64,000 nucleotides of DNA from Candidatus Binatia bacterium (GTDB taxonomy: Bacteria; Desulfobacterota; Binatia; UBA9968; JAJDTQ01). Shown one piece after another: positions 46,053 to 56,166 of the stretch (position 1 is its first letter; every line of letters begins with the position of its first letter). The stretch covers positions 1,376,001 through 1,440,000 of the forward strand of contig OY762897.2 in assembly GCA_963666515.2 (NCBI GenBank). Reading direction: 5' to 3'. Both the position numbers and the translations under genes were made by a program. The notes under the pieces are model-generated. The model was not told the DNA's origin. It did no database searches and saw only the letters and a program-made list of their open reading frames with translations.

Positions 46053-47438
46053 TCAGGGTTTCAGATAGTCCTTCAGGTCCATCTTTTGCCACAGTTCCGG
46101 GTCCGGCTCGATCCTGGTCTCGAACTCCTTCTCCACCGGGCGGGTGGCGTCGATGACCAGGTGCGTGGTCATGGGGCCGCGGCCCGTGCGGGCCTCGTTG
46201 TAGGACACCGGATCGAGGTGCGCGCCCTTGACCCCGGGCATGATCAGCATGTCCTGGTCCGCCACCATCCGTGTACTGAAGGCCCACGCCACTTCGCGCT
46301 CGTTGTAGACGTCCACGTCGTCGTCCACCACCACCACGGTCTTGCCGTAGTTGTCGGTGGACACCGCCACCAGCCCGGCCTGCTTGCCCTCGCCGGGCAC
46401 CCGCTGCTGCAGCGACACGTACGTACCCAGCCAGCCCATGGTGTTGACCGCCTTGACGGTGGGGAACTGGGTCCGCAGCCGGTCGTACATGCTCATCTCT
46501 GCACTCACGTTGGGGCACAGGTTGTGCTCCACGTGGGCCGAGTCCAGGTGGTGGTAGATGGCGTCCCCGCGCATGGTGATGGCGCTCACGTCGATGACGT
46601 AGCAGGGCTTGTCGCCGACGCCGTAGTAGCCCAGGTACTCGGCGTAGGGGCCGTCGGTGGACATGGTGGAGGCGTCGATGGTGCCCTCGATGACGATCTC
46701 CGCCTGAGCCGGCACCGGCACGTCCACGGTCTCTCCCTTGACCACCTCCAGCGACTCGCCGAGATAGCCCCCCATGAGATCGAACTCCACCACCCCCTTG
46801 GCCTGGGAGGCCTGCAGCACCGCGGAGTGGTGGCCGATGACCAGCGCCACCTCCATGGGCCGTCCCAGCTCCGCGCAGCGCCGGGCGATGTAGGCGCCGT
46901 CGTTGCCGGGATTGATCATGCAGCCGAGCCGGTTCCGTCCCATCACCAGGTGGCGGTAGATGCCGGCGTTGGGAACGCCCGTGTCCGGCCACCGGGCGAT
47001 CATGAAGCCGGCGCCGATATATTTCCCGGCGTCGAGCTTCGAGTTGTGGATGATGGGCAGCACGCTCAGGTCCACGGCGTCGCCGACGAACTTCTTCTCC
47101 TTGACCGGCGCGTCCTCCTCGTCCACCCACACCGGATCCTCCCGCTGCGCCAGCTTCCTGCGCAGAACGTCGTAGATCTCCGCCCGGGTCATGCTGCGCG
47201 GGTCGCAGCCCAAGCCCCAGGCCAGCAGGCCGAAGGAGCCGAACATGTTGGTCACCAGCGGCAGCGAGCTGCCCTTGATCTCGGGGCAGTAGATCACCGG
47301 GTTGCGCCCCTCGGCCGCCAGCTTGTGCTGGATGATGCCGATCTCCAGGTAGGGGTCCAGCGGCTGGGTCACCTCGACGTAGTTGTCAGGCCCGGTCTCA
47401 CGGACCGCGCGCAGGAAATCTCGCAAGTTCGGGTTCAT
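46053..47438 (-). CDS. UbiD family decarboxylase
   Basis: LRDFL, TNMFGS, DAGKY, NAGIYR, EIVIEG, DGPYAEYLGYY, VVVDDDVD, LDP, IDAT. Confidence 0.9.
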   Translation of the reverse strand: MNPNLRDFLRAVRETGPDNYVEVTQPLDPYLEIGIIQHKLAAEGRNPVIYCPEIKGSSLPLVTNMFGSFGLLAWGLGCDPRSMTRAEIYDVLRRKLAQREDPVWVDEEDAPVKEKKFVGDAVDLSVLPIIHNSKLDAGKYIGAGFMIARWPDTGVPNAGIYRHLVMGRNRLGCMINPGNDGAYIARRCAELGRPMEVALVIGHHSAVLQASQAKGVVEFDLMGGYLGESLEVVKGETVDVPVPAQAEIVIEGTIDASTMSTDGPYAEYLGYYGVGDKPCYVIDVSAITMRGDAIYHHLDSAHVEHNLCPNVSAEMSMYDRLRTQFPTVKAVNTMGWLGTYVSLQQRVPGEGKQAGLVAVSTDNYGKTVVVVDDDVDVYNEREVAWAFSTRMVADQDMLIMPGVKGAHLDPVSYNEARTGRGPMTTHLVIDATRPVEKEFETRIEPDPELWQKMDLKDYLKP

Positions 47439-47462
47439 CGGACAGCCTCCCTGTACAGGCCG

Positions 47463-48437
47463 CTAAACAAGCGGAAGGACCTCTTCGACGAAACGGCGGA
47501 TCTGAGCCGGCTGGTCGTGTCCGGTGAAGCGCAGCACCGGCGTGCTGATGCCCATGTCCAGCCATTCCCGCACCACCTCCGCGCATTCCTCCGGAGGACC
47601 GTGGGCGAGCCACACCCGGATGACCTCCTCGCTGGGCGGCGCCAGCGGGTAGTACGCCTGGAAGTAGTGCTTCGACTCGTCGTAGGCCGCCTGCCTGTCC
47701 TCGTTGATGTTGATCATGCCGTGAAGGCAGGTCTCGAAGCGGCCGAGGTCCCGGCCCTGCCGGTCCGCGGTTTCCTGTATGAAGTCCCAGCGGCGGCGGA
47801 ACTCGTCGGGCGCCACCGCGTCGGTCATGTAGCCGTCGCCCAGCCTGACCACACGCTCCAAGGCTCGCTTGACCAGCGCGCTGCCGTCGATGGACTGCCG
47901 CGGGTTCACCGCGATCCAGATGGGGCAGGGGCGCTGCACCGGTTTGGGCAGGATGTCGTAGTCCTCCAGGGTGTAGAAGCGCCCGCGGTGATGCACCCGC
48001 TCACCGCCCCACAGCGCGCGCAACAATTCGATCCCTTCCTCCAGACGGGGGATCCGTTCCTTCGAGGTCTGCCCGAAGGCGCGCAACTCGGGTTCATGAC
48101 CGCCGCCGATGCAGGCTCCCAGCAAGGTGCGCCCTCCGGAGACGTGGTCCAGACTCGCCCACTGGATCGCCAACTCCACCGGATGGCGCAGCGGAAAGGT
48201 GGCCATGCAGATGGTCCCCAGCCGCACGCTCCGGGTGCGAGCAGCCAGATTGGACAGCATGACGATGGAATCCAGCCGAGGCTTGTGGATGAAGCTGTCG
48301 CCCACCCACACCGATTCGAAGGCGCCGGACTCCTCCGCCAACGCCGCGGACGCGAACAGATCGTCCACCGTGGTGAGCCCGAACAGCACGCCGCGGTTGG
48401 GGAGGCTGAGGCCCCATCTTGTAGGGAGATTACGCAT
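47463..48437 (-). CDS. LLM class flavin-dependent oxidoreductase
   Basis: AEESG.F.SVWVGD, RHP, SLD..SGGR, PKPVQ. Confidence 0.9.
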   Translation of the reverse strand: MRNLPTRWGLSLPNRGVLFGLTTVDDLFASAALAEESGAFESVWVGDSFIHKPRLDSIVMLSNLAARTRSVRLGTICMATFPLRHPVELAIQWASLDHVSGGRTLLGACIGGGHEPELRAFGQTSKERIPRLEEGIELLRALWGGERVHHRGRFYTLEDYDILPKPVQRPCPIWIAVNPRQSIDGSALVKRALERVVRLGDGYMTDAVAPDEFRRRWDFIQETADRQGRDLGRFETCLHGMININEDRQAAYDESKHYFQAYYPLAPPSEEVIRVWLAHGPPEECAEVVREWLDMGISTPVLRFTGHDQPAQIRRFVEEVLPLV

Positions 48438-48674
48438 ATCTTTCCATATGTCCGATCATGCGCGCGTGGGGTCGTCCCTGTACTCTTGACAAACGCATGC
48501 GCTGACCGATTGGAACCAACCTCCTATCACGCCACGAACCCTGTTGGCCAGTCGTCAACCCGGTTGGCGGTGTCTGCGCAATGCGAGGAGTTCCCCTTCT
48601 GAGCAAGACAATTGGAATTTGCACCGTGCGTTTGGCCGTGCCATCCTTTCCGAAACTCCGGCTTCAGGGGTGTC

Positions 48675-49859
48675 ATGCTGGCGACCAATGAATTGTGTGC
48701 GTTGATCGAGGATCACGAGTCCGACCGCGTGGAACTTACGGTCTCCAAGACGAACACCGATAAGTTCGGCGAGGCGATTTGCGCCTTCGCCAACGACTTC
48801 CCCAATAACGCAAGGCCGGGCTACCTCATCATCGGCGTGGACGATCACGGGACAGTCAGTGCTGAGACCGTCAGCGACGAACTGCTACAGCATCTCGGAA
48901 ACCTGCGCTCGAACGTCAATATCGAGCCGCTGCCGGTCATGACCGTCCAGAAACACCTGTTGCCGGAAGGTGAGGTAGCGGTAGTGGAAGTCCTGCCGTC
49001 AGACCTGCCGCCGGTGCGGTACAAGGGTGTGGTCTGGATCCGTGTCGGTCCATCGCGGCGCCGCGCCAGCCAGCAGGAAGAACGGATTCTGATCGAAAAA
49101 CGGACCGCCCAGCAGCGGACCTTCGATCTCCGGCCGTGCGCGGGCTGCAAGATGGACGATCTCGTCCGGGACATGTTTCTCGTCACCTATCTGCCTGCCG
49201 CCGTGGACCGTGCAGTCATCGAGGAGAACAACCGCGCCATCGAAGAGCAGATGGCTTCGCTACGGTTTTACGATCTGACCGCGGACTGCCCCACGAACGC
49301 TGGAGCGCTCTTGTTCGCCCGGGACCCGTTACGCTGGGTGCCGGGGGCCTGGATCCAGTTCGTCCGTTGGGCGGGAACCACGATGGCAGACGACCCGATC
49401 AGCGAGAAACGGCTCAGTGGCGATCTGATTACGGTCCTGCGGGAACTGGAAGCATTGGTTTCTCTTCCAGCACAACCGCACCCGGTGGCGGAATCGGCTC
49501 TCCGGGAACGAACGGTGACCGACTATCCGCCCGCAGCCATCCGCGAACTGCTCTTGAACGCCATCATGCATCGATCCTACGAGTCAAACGCGCCGGTTCG
49601 CTTCTACTGGTACGATGACCGCATAGAGATCCAGAATCCGGGCGGTCTGTATGGCATGGCGTCACCGGAGAACTTCCCGCGGCAGACGGATTACCGAAAT
49701 CCGGTCCTGTCGGAGGCCCTGGCGACTCTTGGCTATGTCAACGCGTTCGGACGCGGCGTCATCCGTGCACAGGAAGCGTTGCGCCGCAACGGAAATCCGG
49801 AGGTGGAATTCACGTTCGAGCCTTCCCACGTGCTGGCGACCATCCGGAGGGCGGCGTGA
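48675..49859 (+). CDS. Schlafen/AlbA_2 domain + HATPase_c_4 protein
   Basis: ESDRVELT, AICAFAN, GYLIIGVDD; RELLLNAIMHRSY, IEIQNPGGL, RNPVL. Confidence 0.82.
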   Translation: MLATNELCALIEDHESDRVELTVSKTNTDKFGEAICAFANDFPNNARPGYLIIGVDDHGTVSAETVSDELLQHLGNLRSNVNIEPLPVMTVQKHLLPEGEVAVVEVLPSDLPPVRYKGVVWIRVGPSRRRASQQEERILIEKRTAQQRTFDLRPCAGCKMDDLVRDMFLVTYLPAAVDRAVIEENNRAIEEQMASLRFYDLTADCPTNAGALLFARDPLRWVPGAWIQFVRWAGTTMADDPISEKRLSGDLITVLRELEALVSLPAQPHPVAESALRERTVTDYPPAAIRELLLNAIMHRSYESNAPVRFYWYDDRIEIQNPGGLYGMASPENFPRQTDYRNPVLSEALATLGYVNAFGRGVIRAQEALRRNGNPEVEFTFEPSHVLATIRRAA

Positions 49860-50848
49860 AAACGATCGCTTTCTTCAACAACAAGGGCGGCGTGGGCAAG
49901 ACCACGCTGGTGTACCACTTGGCGTGGATGTACGCGGACCTCGGATTCTCGGTGGTGGCCGTGGACCTCGATCCACAAGCGACCCTCAGCACCGTATTCC
50001 TCAGGGAGGACCGCCTCGAGCAGTTGTGGCCCGACGGCGAACATCCCGACAGCATCCTGGGCGCGATTTCGCCCATCCTGCGAGGGCTTGGCGACATCCG
50101 GGAGCCGCATGTCGAACAGGTCGCTTCGAATCTCGGCCTCGTCGTCGGCGACTTGGCGCTGTCGAGTTTCGAGGCGAAGCTGTCGGCAGCGTGGCCGAGC
50201 TGTCTGAGCGGCGACGAGTCGGCGTTTCGCACAGAGTCGGCGTTCCATCGGATGATTTGCCACGCCGCCAACAAGCAGAATGCCGACTTGGCGTTGATCG
50301 ACGTCGGTCCGAACCTGGGTGCTATCAACCGGGCGGCGATCATTGCGGCGAGCTTCGTCGTGTTTCCGCTCGCCCCCGATCTTTTCTCCTTGCAGGCGCT
50401 CCGCAACGTCGGGCCGACGCTCCGGGATTGGCGCAACGACTGGCGGGACCGTCTGGAACGCCGTCCGAAGGTTTCCGATCTCGACCTTCCATCGGCCGAA
50501 ATCACCCCCGCTGGCTACATTGTGATGCAGCACGCCGTGAGCGCGGACCGTCCCGTGCAGGCGTACCAGAAGTGGATCAGGCGAATTCCAGAGGTGTACG
50601 GCAAGGAAGCGCTCAACGGTGCTGGCTGTGGCGTGTCCTCGACAGAGGACGATACCGAATGCCTGGCCACCCTGAAACACTATCGAAGCCTGATGGCCAT
50701 GGCTCACGAGGCCCGCAAGCCAATGTTCCGCCTCACCGCCGCAGACGGTGCGCTCGGCGGTCACTTCTACGCAGTGCGGGATTGTTACGAGGACTTCGAG
50801 AAGCTCGCGAAGGCGATAGCCGGCAAGTGTGATGTACGCGCCCGTTGA
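49856..50848 (+). CDS. ParA/Soj-like ATPase
   Basis: FNNKGGVGKTT deviant Walker A, DLDPQ, IDVGP; GTGA overlap with upstream gene. Confidence 0.88.
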   Translation: MKTIAFFNNKGGVGKTTLVYHLAWMYADLGFSVVAVDLDPQATLSTVFLREDRLEQLWPDGEHPDSILGAISPILRGLGDIREPHVEQVASNLGLVVGDLALSSFEAKLSAAWPSCLSGDESAFRTESAFHRMICHAANKQNADLALIDVGPNLGAINRAAIIAASFVVFPLAPDLFSLQALRNVGPTLRDWRNDWRDRLERRPKVSDLDLPSAEITPAGYIVMQHAVSADRPVQAYQKWIRRIPEVYGKEALNGAGCGVSSTEDDTECLATLKHYRSLMAMAHEARKPMFRLTAADGALGGHFYAVRDCYEDFEKLAKAIAGKCDVRAR

Positions 50849-50939
50849 GATCGGACAGAGCGATGTTCACCGCACCGAGGAAGTGCTTCGGGTGGTGGTC
50901 ACGCCATTCGTCGGTTGAAACGACTCGTATCCTCCAGCG

Positions 50940-53198
50940 TTAACGGGTCCTCAACCCCCTCAGAATCCGCTCCGGCGTCATGGGCAGTGTCCGCACGCGC
51001 ACCCCCACCGCGTTGTAGATGGCGTTGGCGATGGCCGGGGCGACCGGGCCGAAGGGCAGCTCGCCGATGCCTTTGGCGCCGTAGGGGCCTTCGGAAGGGT
51101 CGCCCTCGACGAACGCCGCTTCCAGCCGCCTGGGCATGGTGCCGAAGGTGGGGACGCGGTAGTCCACGAAGTTCGGGTTCAGCACCTGGCCGCCGTCGAT
51201 GGCAAGGTCCTCGTACAGCGCGAAGCCCAGCCCCTGGGTGAGGCCGCCCTCGATCTGCTGTTCGACGCCGAGGGGGTTGATGGCTTTGCCCACGTCGTGT
51301 ACCGCCAGGTAGCGCAGCAGTTCCACCGCGCCGGTCTCCGTGTCCACCCGCACCTCTGCCACGTGGCAGCACGCGGCGATGACCGGAGCCGCGGCCTCGT
51401 AGTCGTTGGTGACGAACCGGGTGGCCTCCTCGTCCACGAACGCGCCCTTGCCGATGATAAGCAGGCCCTGGCGGTCGTAGGCTTCCCGCACCACCTCGTC
51501 GAAGGTCGTTTCGCCGCCGGGCTCCACCGTGGACGCCACGCGGTCGCCGGCGAACACGAGGGTCTCGGGAGTTGCGCGCAACATGCCGGCGGCGACCTCC
51601 GCCAGCCGCCGGCGCGCGTCGGCCGCGGCCGCGGCCACGGCGTTGCCGCACACGTAGGTGGTGCGGCTGGCCCAGGTGCCCAGGTCGAAGGGGATCACGT
51701 CGGTATCGTTGTGGAAGATGCGGATGCGGTCCACGGATACGCCGAGCTGCTCGGCCGCGATCTGGGCCATGACGGTGCGGGTGCCGGTGCCGGTGTCGGC
51801 GATGGTGGCGATGATGGCCACGCTGCCGTCGCGATCCACCTTGACGATGGCCTCGGTGGAGTTCTGCCGGTAGTAGCGCAGGCCCGCGCCGGTCTCCGAC
51901 AACACCGCCATGCCGATGCCCGTGCGCGTCGTGCCTTCGGCGGTTCCCTTGCCCGGCCGCATCAGCTCGGTGGCGCGCTCCACGCAGGCGCGCTCGCACG
52001 GCCGCCGCAGGTTCTCGGTGCGAACCGTCACCGGGTGCAGTCCGAGCCGCTCGGCCATGGTCTCCAGGATGGACTCGAAGGCGAAGGTCTCCTCGGCGTG
52101 CCCGAAGCCCCGGTAGGCGGCGCCGGGCGGCTTGTTGGTGTACACCAGCCGGGCGTCCACCGACGTCGCCGGGCGATGGCGGTCGTAGGACGAGAAGAAC
52201 GACATGGTGATGAAGTTGATGGTGGAGATGCCCTTGTCGTTGTAGGCGCCGTTGTCGCCGAGAACTTCCAGGTGCTTGGCGCGGATGACGCCGTCCCGGG
52301 TGCAGCCCAGCCTGAGCTTGAAGCGGTAGGCGTAGCGGGCGCCGGCGCAGCGGAACTCCTCGTCCCGGGTGTTGACGATGCGCACGGGCCGCCCCCCCGA
52401 CTTGCGGGACAGGGTCGCGGCGATGGGCACCATGACGTTCATCACCAGCCGGGCGCCGAACCCGCCGCCGGTTTCGGGCTGGATCACGCGCACCAGCCGC
52501 TGGGGGATATCCAGGGTGCGGGCGATCTCGGCGCGCAGGGTGTGCGGCGCCTGGGTCTGGTGCCACACGGTGAGCTGGCCGGTGGCGCCGTACTGGGCGA
52601 TGCAGCCGCGGTTCTCCATCACCGCATGGGACTGGCGCGCGGTTTCGAACTCCTCCTCCACCACGATGTCACAGTCGGCGAAGGCGGCCACGACGTCGCC
52701 TTTCGCCTTGTGCACCTCGTAGGCCAGGTTGCCGCCGTCGTGGACCTCGGGAGAATCCGGCGACAGCGCGGCCTCCAGGTCCAGCACCGGTTCCAGGGGC
52801 TCGTAGTCCACCTCGATGAGGCGCGCGGCCTCCTCCGCGGTGCGCTCGTCCAGCGCCGCCACCGCCGCCACCTCGTCGCCGGCGTAGCGCACCGTGCGGC
52901 CGGGCGCGCACAACGGCACCTTGTCCGCGAACTCCGGCACGAAGCTGAACTCGATGTCGGGCATGTCGGCCGCGGTGATGACCGCAACCACGCCGGGCAG
53001 CCGCTCCGCCCGGGAGGTATCGATGCCGCGGATCCTGGCATGGGGAAGGGGGCTGCGGCAGATCTTGCCGTACAGCATCCCCGGCGCGTGGAGGTCCTCC
53101 AGGTAGCGCGCTTCGGCGGTAACCTTCGCCGCGCCTTCAACGGCAGGCGTCGGCTGTCCGATGATGTTGAGCGTACGCCGTTCCGCGGGCAGTTCCAT
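50940..53198 (-). CDS. xanthine dehydrogenase family molybdopterin subunit (4-hydroxybenzoyl-CoA reductase alpha-like)
   Basis: RSPLPHA, GGGFG, AYRGFG, ASRTT, QGLGFAL.E, GPYGAKGIGE. Confidence 0.88.
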   Translation of the reverse strand: MELPAERRTLNIIGQPTPAVEGAAKVTAEARYLEDLHAPGMLYGKICRSPLPHARIRGIDTSRAERLPGVVAVITAADMPDIEFSFVPEFADKVPLCAPGRTVRYAGDEVAAVAALDERTAEEAARLIEVDYEPLEPVLDLEAALSPDSPEVHDGGNLAYEVHKAKGDVVAAFADCDIVVEEEFETARQSHAVMENRGCIAQYGATGQLTVWHQTQAPHTLRAEIARTLDIPQRLVRVIQPETGGGFGARLVMNVMVPIAATLSRKSGGRPVRIVNTRDEEFRCAGARYAYRFKLRLGCTRDGVIRAKHLEVLGDNGAYNDKGISTINFITMSFFSSYDRHRPATSVDARLVYTNKPPGAAYRGFGHAEETFAFESILETMAERLGLHPVTVRTENLRRPCERACVERATELMRPGKGTAEGTTRTGIGMAVLSETGAGLRYYRQNSTEAIVKVDRDGSVAIIATIADTGTGTRTVMAQIAAEQLGVSVDRIRIFHNDTDVIPFDLGTWASRTTYVCGNAVAAAAADARRRLAEVAAGMLRATPETLVFAGDRVASTVEPGGETTFDEVVREAYDRQGLLIIGKGAFVDEEATRFVTNDYEAAAPVIAACCHVAEVRVDTETGAVELLRYLAVHDVGKAINPLGVEQQIEGGLTQGLGFALYEDLAIDGGQVLNPNFVDYRVPTFGTMPRRLEAAFVEGDPSEGPYGAKGIGELPFGPVAPAIANAIYNAVGVRVRTLPMTPERILRGLRTR

Positions 53199-53377
53199 GG
53201 TCGAAGAATCGCAGAAAACCGGCTTGCATTCCAGACCGGATGTGGAATAGGCTTTGTTTCCTTGGAAGAATGGTCTGTTGGCCGCAAGGGATTACGGGCG
53301 GTGCCCCTTCCCGCCGGAGTCGCACAAGATCCTCACGACGCCCCGTCCAGCAGTCGAGTCAAACGGAGGTTACCTTC

Positions 53378-55111
53378 ATGAGTGACAAGAAGATTCTGAG
53401 CCGCGACAAGCGGCGCTATACGCTGCCGTCGGAGCGAGCCCTCGGCGCCGAGACGCACAGCTATCTGCCGGAACTGTGCGATCAGCTTCGCACCAGCAAG
53501 ATCACCCGGCGCGACTTCCTGCGTCAGGCGGCGCTCTTGGGCATGACGGCCGGCGTGGCGTATGCCACCGCCGACAGGCTCATCGGCGGCGCCCTGGTTC
53601 CGACCGTGCAGGCGGCGACGCCGAAGCCCGGCGGGACGCTCCGAGTCTCCATGCGCATTCAGGAGGTGACCGATCCGGCGAGCTTCGACTGGACCGAGAA
53701 ATCCAACGTTGCGCGCTTCCTGGTGGAGCACCTGACCCGGACAAAGGCGGACAACGTCACGGTGCCCTATCTCGCCAGCAAGTGGGAAGCATCCGACGAC
53801 CTCAAGACCTGGGTGTTCCATCTCCGTAAAGACGTCACTTGGTCCAACGGCGACAAGTTCACCTCCGCGGACGTCGCCCACACGGTCAACCGCTGGCTCG
53901 ACCCCAAGACCGGCTCCTCGAACCTGGGCCTCTTCGGCGCCATGGTGGAGACCGTGAAAGGTCCGGACGGCAAGCCGATGAAGCGCGGCATCGCCAACGC
54001 GGTCGAGGTCATCGACGACCACACCATCAAGTTCAACCTCAAGCAGGCCGCCCTGGCCATGCCGGAGAACTTCTACAACTATCCCACCGCCATCGTGCAC
54101 CGGGGCTTCGGCAAGGACTACGCCGCCGACCTCTCCAAGAACCCCATCGGCACCGGCCCCATGAAGCTGGAGGCGTTCGCGGTCGGCGAGAGGGCGATTT
54201 TCAAGAAGGCACGGAAATGGTGGGCCGGACCGTTCTACCTGGACGAGATCCACTACTTCGATCATGGTGAGGACACCAATGCCTGGATCGCGGCCTTGGC
54301 GTCGCAGCAGGTGGACATGGTCTTCCGCGTGCCCAACCAGGCCATCGACACGATCAAGCGGTTGCCTTTCGTGGAGCTTCACGAGGCCACGACGGCGCAG
54401 ACCGCGGTCATGCGTTTCCGCGTCAGCGAGAAGCCCTTCGACAACCTCAAGCTCCGCCAGGCCATCGCCGCCTGCATGGACCACAAGGAGATCCTGGACA
54501 AGGCGTTCAAGGGCCTCGGCCAGATCGCCGAGAACCACCACGTCTGTCCCATCCATCCGGAGTACGCGGCGCTGCCGCCGCTCAAGCGGGACGTGGAGAA
54601 GGCCAAGAAACTGCTGGCCGAAGCGGGCTACCCCAAGGGCATCACCGTCGAGATCGCCAACGGCGACACCGAGGGCCCATGGATGACGGACGCCTGCGCG
54701 ATCTTCAAGAACCAGCTCGCGCCCGCGGGCATCAACCTGAAGATCAACAAGATGCCGGCCAACCAGTACTGGGAGGTCTGGGACAAGGCGCCCTGGGGCT
54801 ACACCGCGTGGACGCACCGTCCGCTCGGCACCATGGTGCTGGGCCTCGGCTACCGCGCCGGCGTGCCCTGGAACGAGACCGCCTACAACAACCCCAAGTT
54901 CGACGCTGCCCTCGACGAGGCCGAGGCCACCCTCGACGTCAACGAGCGCAAGAAGAAGATGGCCGTCTGCGAGAAGATACTCCAGGACGACGCCATCATC
55001 CCGCAGCCCTTCTGGCGCTCGGTCTTCAAGGCGGCGAACAAGCGGGTCAAGGGGCACCAGACCCACCCGACGCTGTATCACCAGTTCCATAACGTGTGGC
55101 TGGAAGGTTAG
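53378..55111 (+). CDS. Dpp/Opp family ABC substrate-binding protein (Tat signal after an N-terminal extension)
   Basis: TRRDFL Tat motif, GGTLR, W.F.LR..VTW, PIGTGP; GGAGG RBS. Confidence 0.9.
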   Translation: MSDKKILSRDKRRYTLPSERALGAETHSYLPELCDQLRTSKITRRDFLRQAALLGMTAGVAYATADRLIGGALVPTVQAATPKPGGTLRVSMRIQEVTDPASFDWTEKSNVARFLVEHLTRTKADNVTVPYLASKWEASDDLKTWVFHLRKDVTWSNGDKFTSADVAHTVNRWLDPKTGSSNLGLFGAMVETVKGPDGKPMKRGIANAVEVIDDHTIKFNLKQAALAMPENFYNYPTAIVHRGFGKDYAADLSKNPIGTGPMKLEAFAVGERAIFKKARKWWAGPFYLDEIHYFDHGEDTNAWIAALASQQVDMVFRVPNQAIDTIKRLPFVELHEATTAQTAVMRFRVSEKPFDNLKLRQAIAACMDHKEILDKAFKGLGQIAENHHVCPIHPEYAALPPLKRDVEKAKKLLAEAGYPKGITVEIANGDTEGPWMTDACAIFKNQLAPAGINLKINKMPANQYWEVWDKAPWGYTAWTHRPLGTMVLGLGYRAGVPWNETAYNNPKFDAALDEAEATLDVNERKKKMAVCEKILQDDAIIPQPFWRSVFKAANKRVKGHQTHPTLYHQFHNVWLEG

Positions 55112-55134
55112 GCAGCCACACTGCGGTGGACCCC

Positions 55135-55162
55135 GTAGGGGCGGCCGGCCGGCCGCCCCTAC
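55135..55162. repeat. GTAG-type REP perfect palindrome after the SBP gene
   Basis: GTAGGGGCGGCC-GGCC-GGCCGCCCCTAC. Confidence 0.7.
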
Positions 55163-55223
55163 CCGCGCCCTTCCCGATTGACCGGGGTGTGCAAGCCACG
55201 ACTAGAGAGCAGCGGAGACTGAC

Positions 55224-56156
55224 ATGCCACAACTGATCCTGCGCCGCGTCGGCATGATGATCCTCATCATGCTGGTGGTGGCGCTGCTTCTTTTCCTCAT
55301 GAACGAGGGCGATCCCCGGCTCATCGCGCGCAGCGTCCTGGGACCCTATGCCCAGGACCAGCAGCTCGACGCCTGGATCGCCCAGCACGGCTACGACCGG
55401 CCCATCCTGGTGCGTTACGTCGAATGGATCGGCCGGGTGCTGTCCGGCGACCTCGGCGACTCCATCATCTACAAGCGGCCGGTCAACGAGATATTCTGGG
55501 ACCGCCTCGGCAACACCGGCATCCTCGCCGGCGTCACTTTCGTGGTCATGGTCATCGTGGCGCTGACCCTGGGCGTGCTGGCCGGCATGAAGGAAGGCTC
55601 CACCCAGGACCGGGTGATCTCGGTCTTCTCCATCACCACCACCTCGATACCGGAATACGCCAGCGCGGTGCTGCTGGCCTGGATCTTCGTCTTCGGGCTC
55701 GGCTGGTTGCCGGGCACTTCGTCCATGGTGTCGGGGTTCAACGTGGTGGAGCTGATCCTGCCGGTGATGGTGCTGACCCTGTACGGTTTCGGCTACGTGG
55801 CGCGGATGACACGGGCCTCCATGGCGGAGGTCATGACCAACCACTACATCCGCACCGCCATGCTCAAAGGGCTGCCCTACCGGCACATCATCATGAAGCA
55901 CGCGCTCAGGAACGCGCTCATCGCTCCGTTCACGGTCATCATGCTGCAGATCAACTGGCTGCTGTCGGGGGTGGTGGTGACGGAGTTCGCCTTCGGCTAC
56001 AAGGGGTTCGGCGCGCTGCTGCTGGAAGCGGCGCTGCGCCGGGACATCTTCGTGATCGAAGCCTGCGGCACCGCGGCGGTGTTCGTGGCCGTCTTCACCC
56101 AGACCATCGGCGACCTCGGGTACACCTACCTGAACCCGAGAATCCGGTTCAAGTGA
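55224..56156 (+). CDS. DppB-like ABC permease
   Basis: GDLG.S, YIRTA.LKGL, HALRNA, LNPRIR. Confidence 0.92.
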   Translation: MPQLILRRVGMMILIMLVVALLLFLMNEGDPRLIARSVLGPYAQDQQLDAWIAQHGYDRPILVRYVEWIGRVLSGDLGDSIIYKRPVNEIFWDRLGNTGILAGVTFVVMVIVALTLGVLAGMKEGSTQDRVISVFSITTTSIPEYASAVLLAWIFVFGLGWLPGTSSMVSGFNVVELILPVMVLTLYGFGYVARMTRASMAEVMTNHYIRTAMLKGLPYRHIIMKHALRNALIAPFTVIMLQINWLLSGVVVTEFAFGYKGFGALLLEAALRRDIFVIEACGTAAVFVAVFTQTIGDLGYTYLNPRIRFK

Positions 56157-56166
56157 GGAGGGGATC

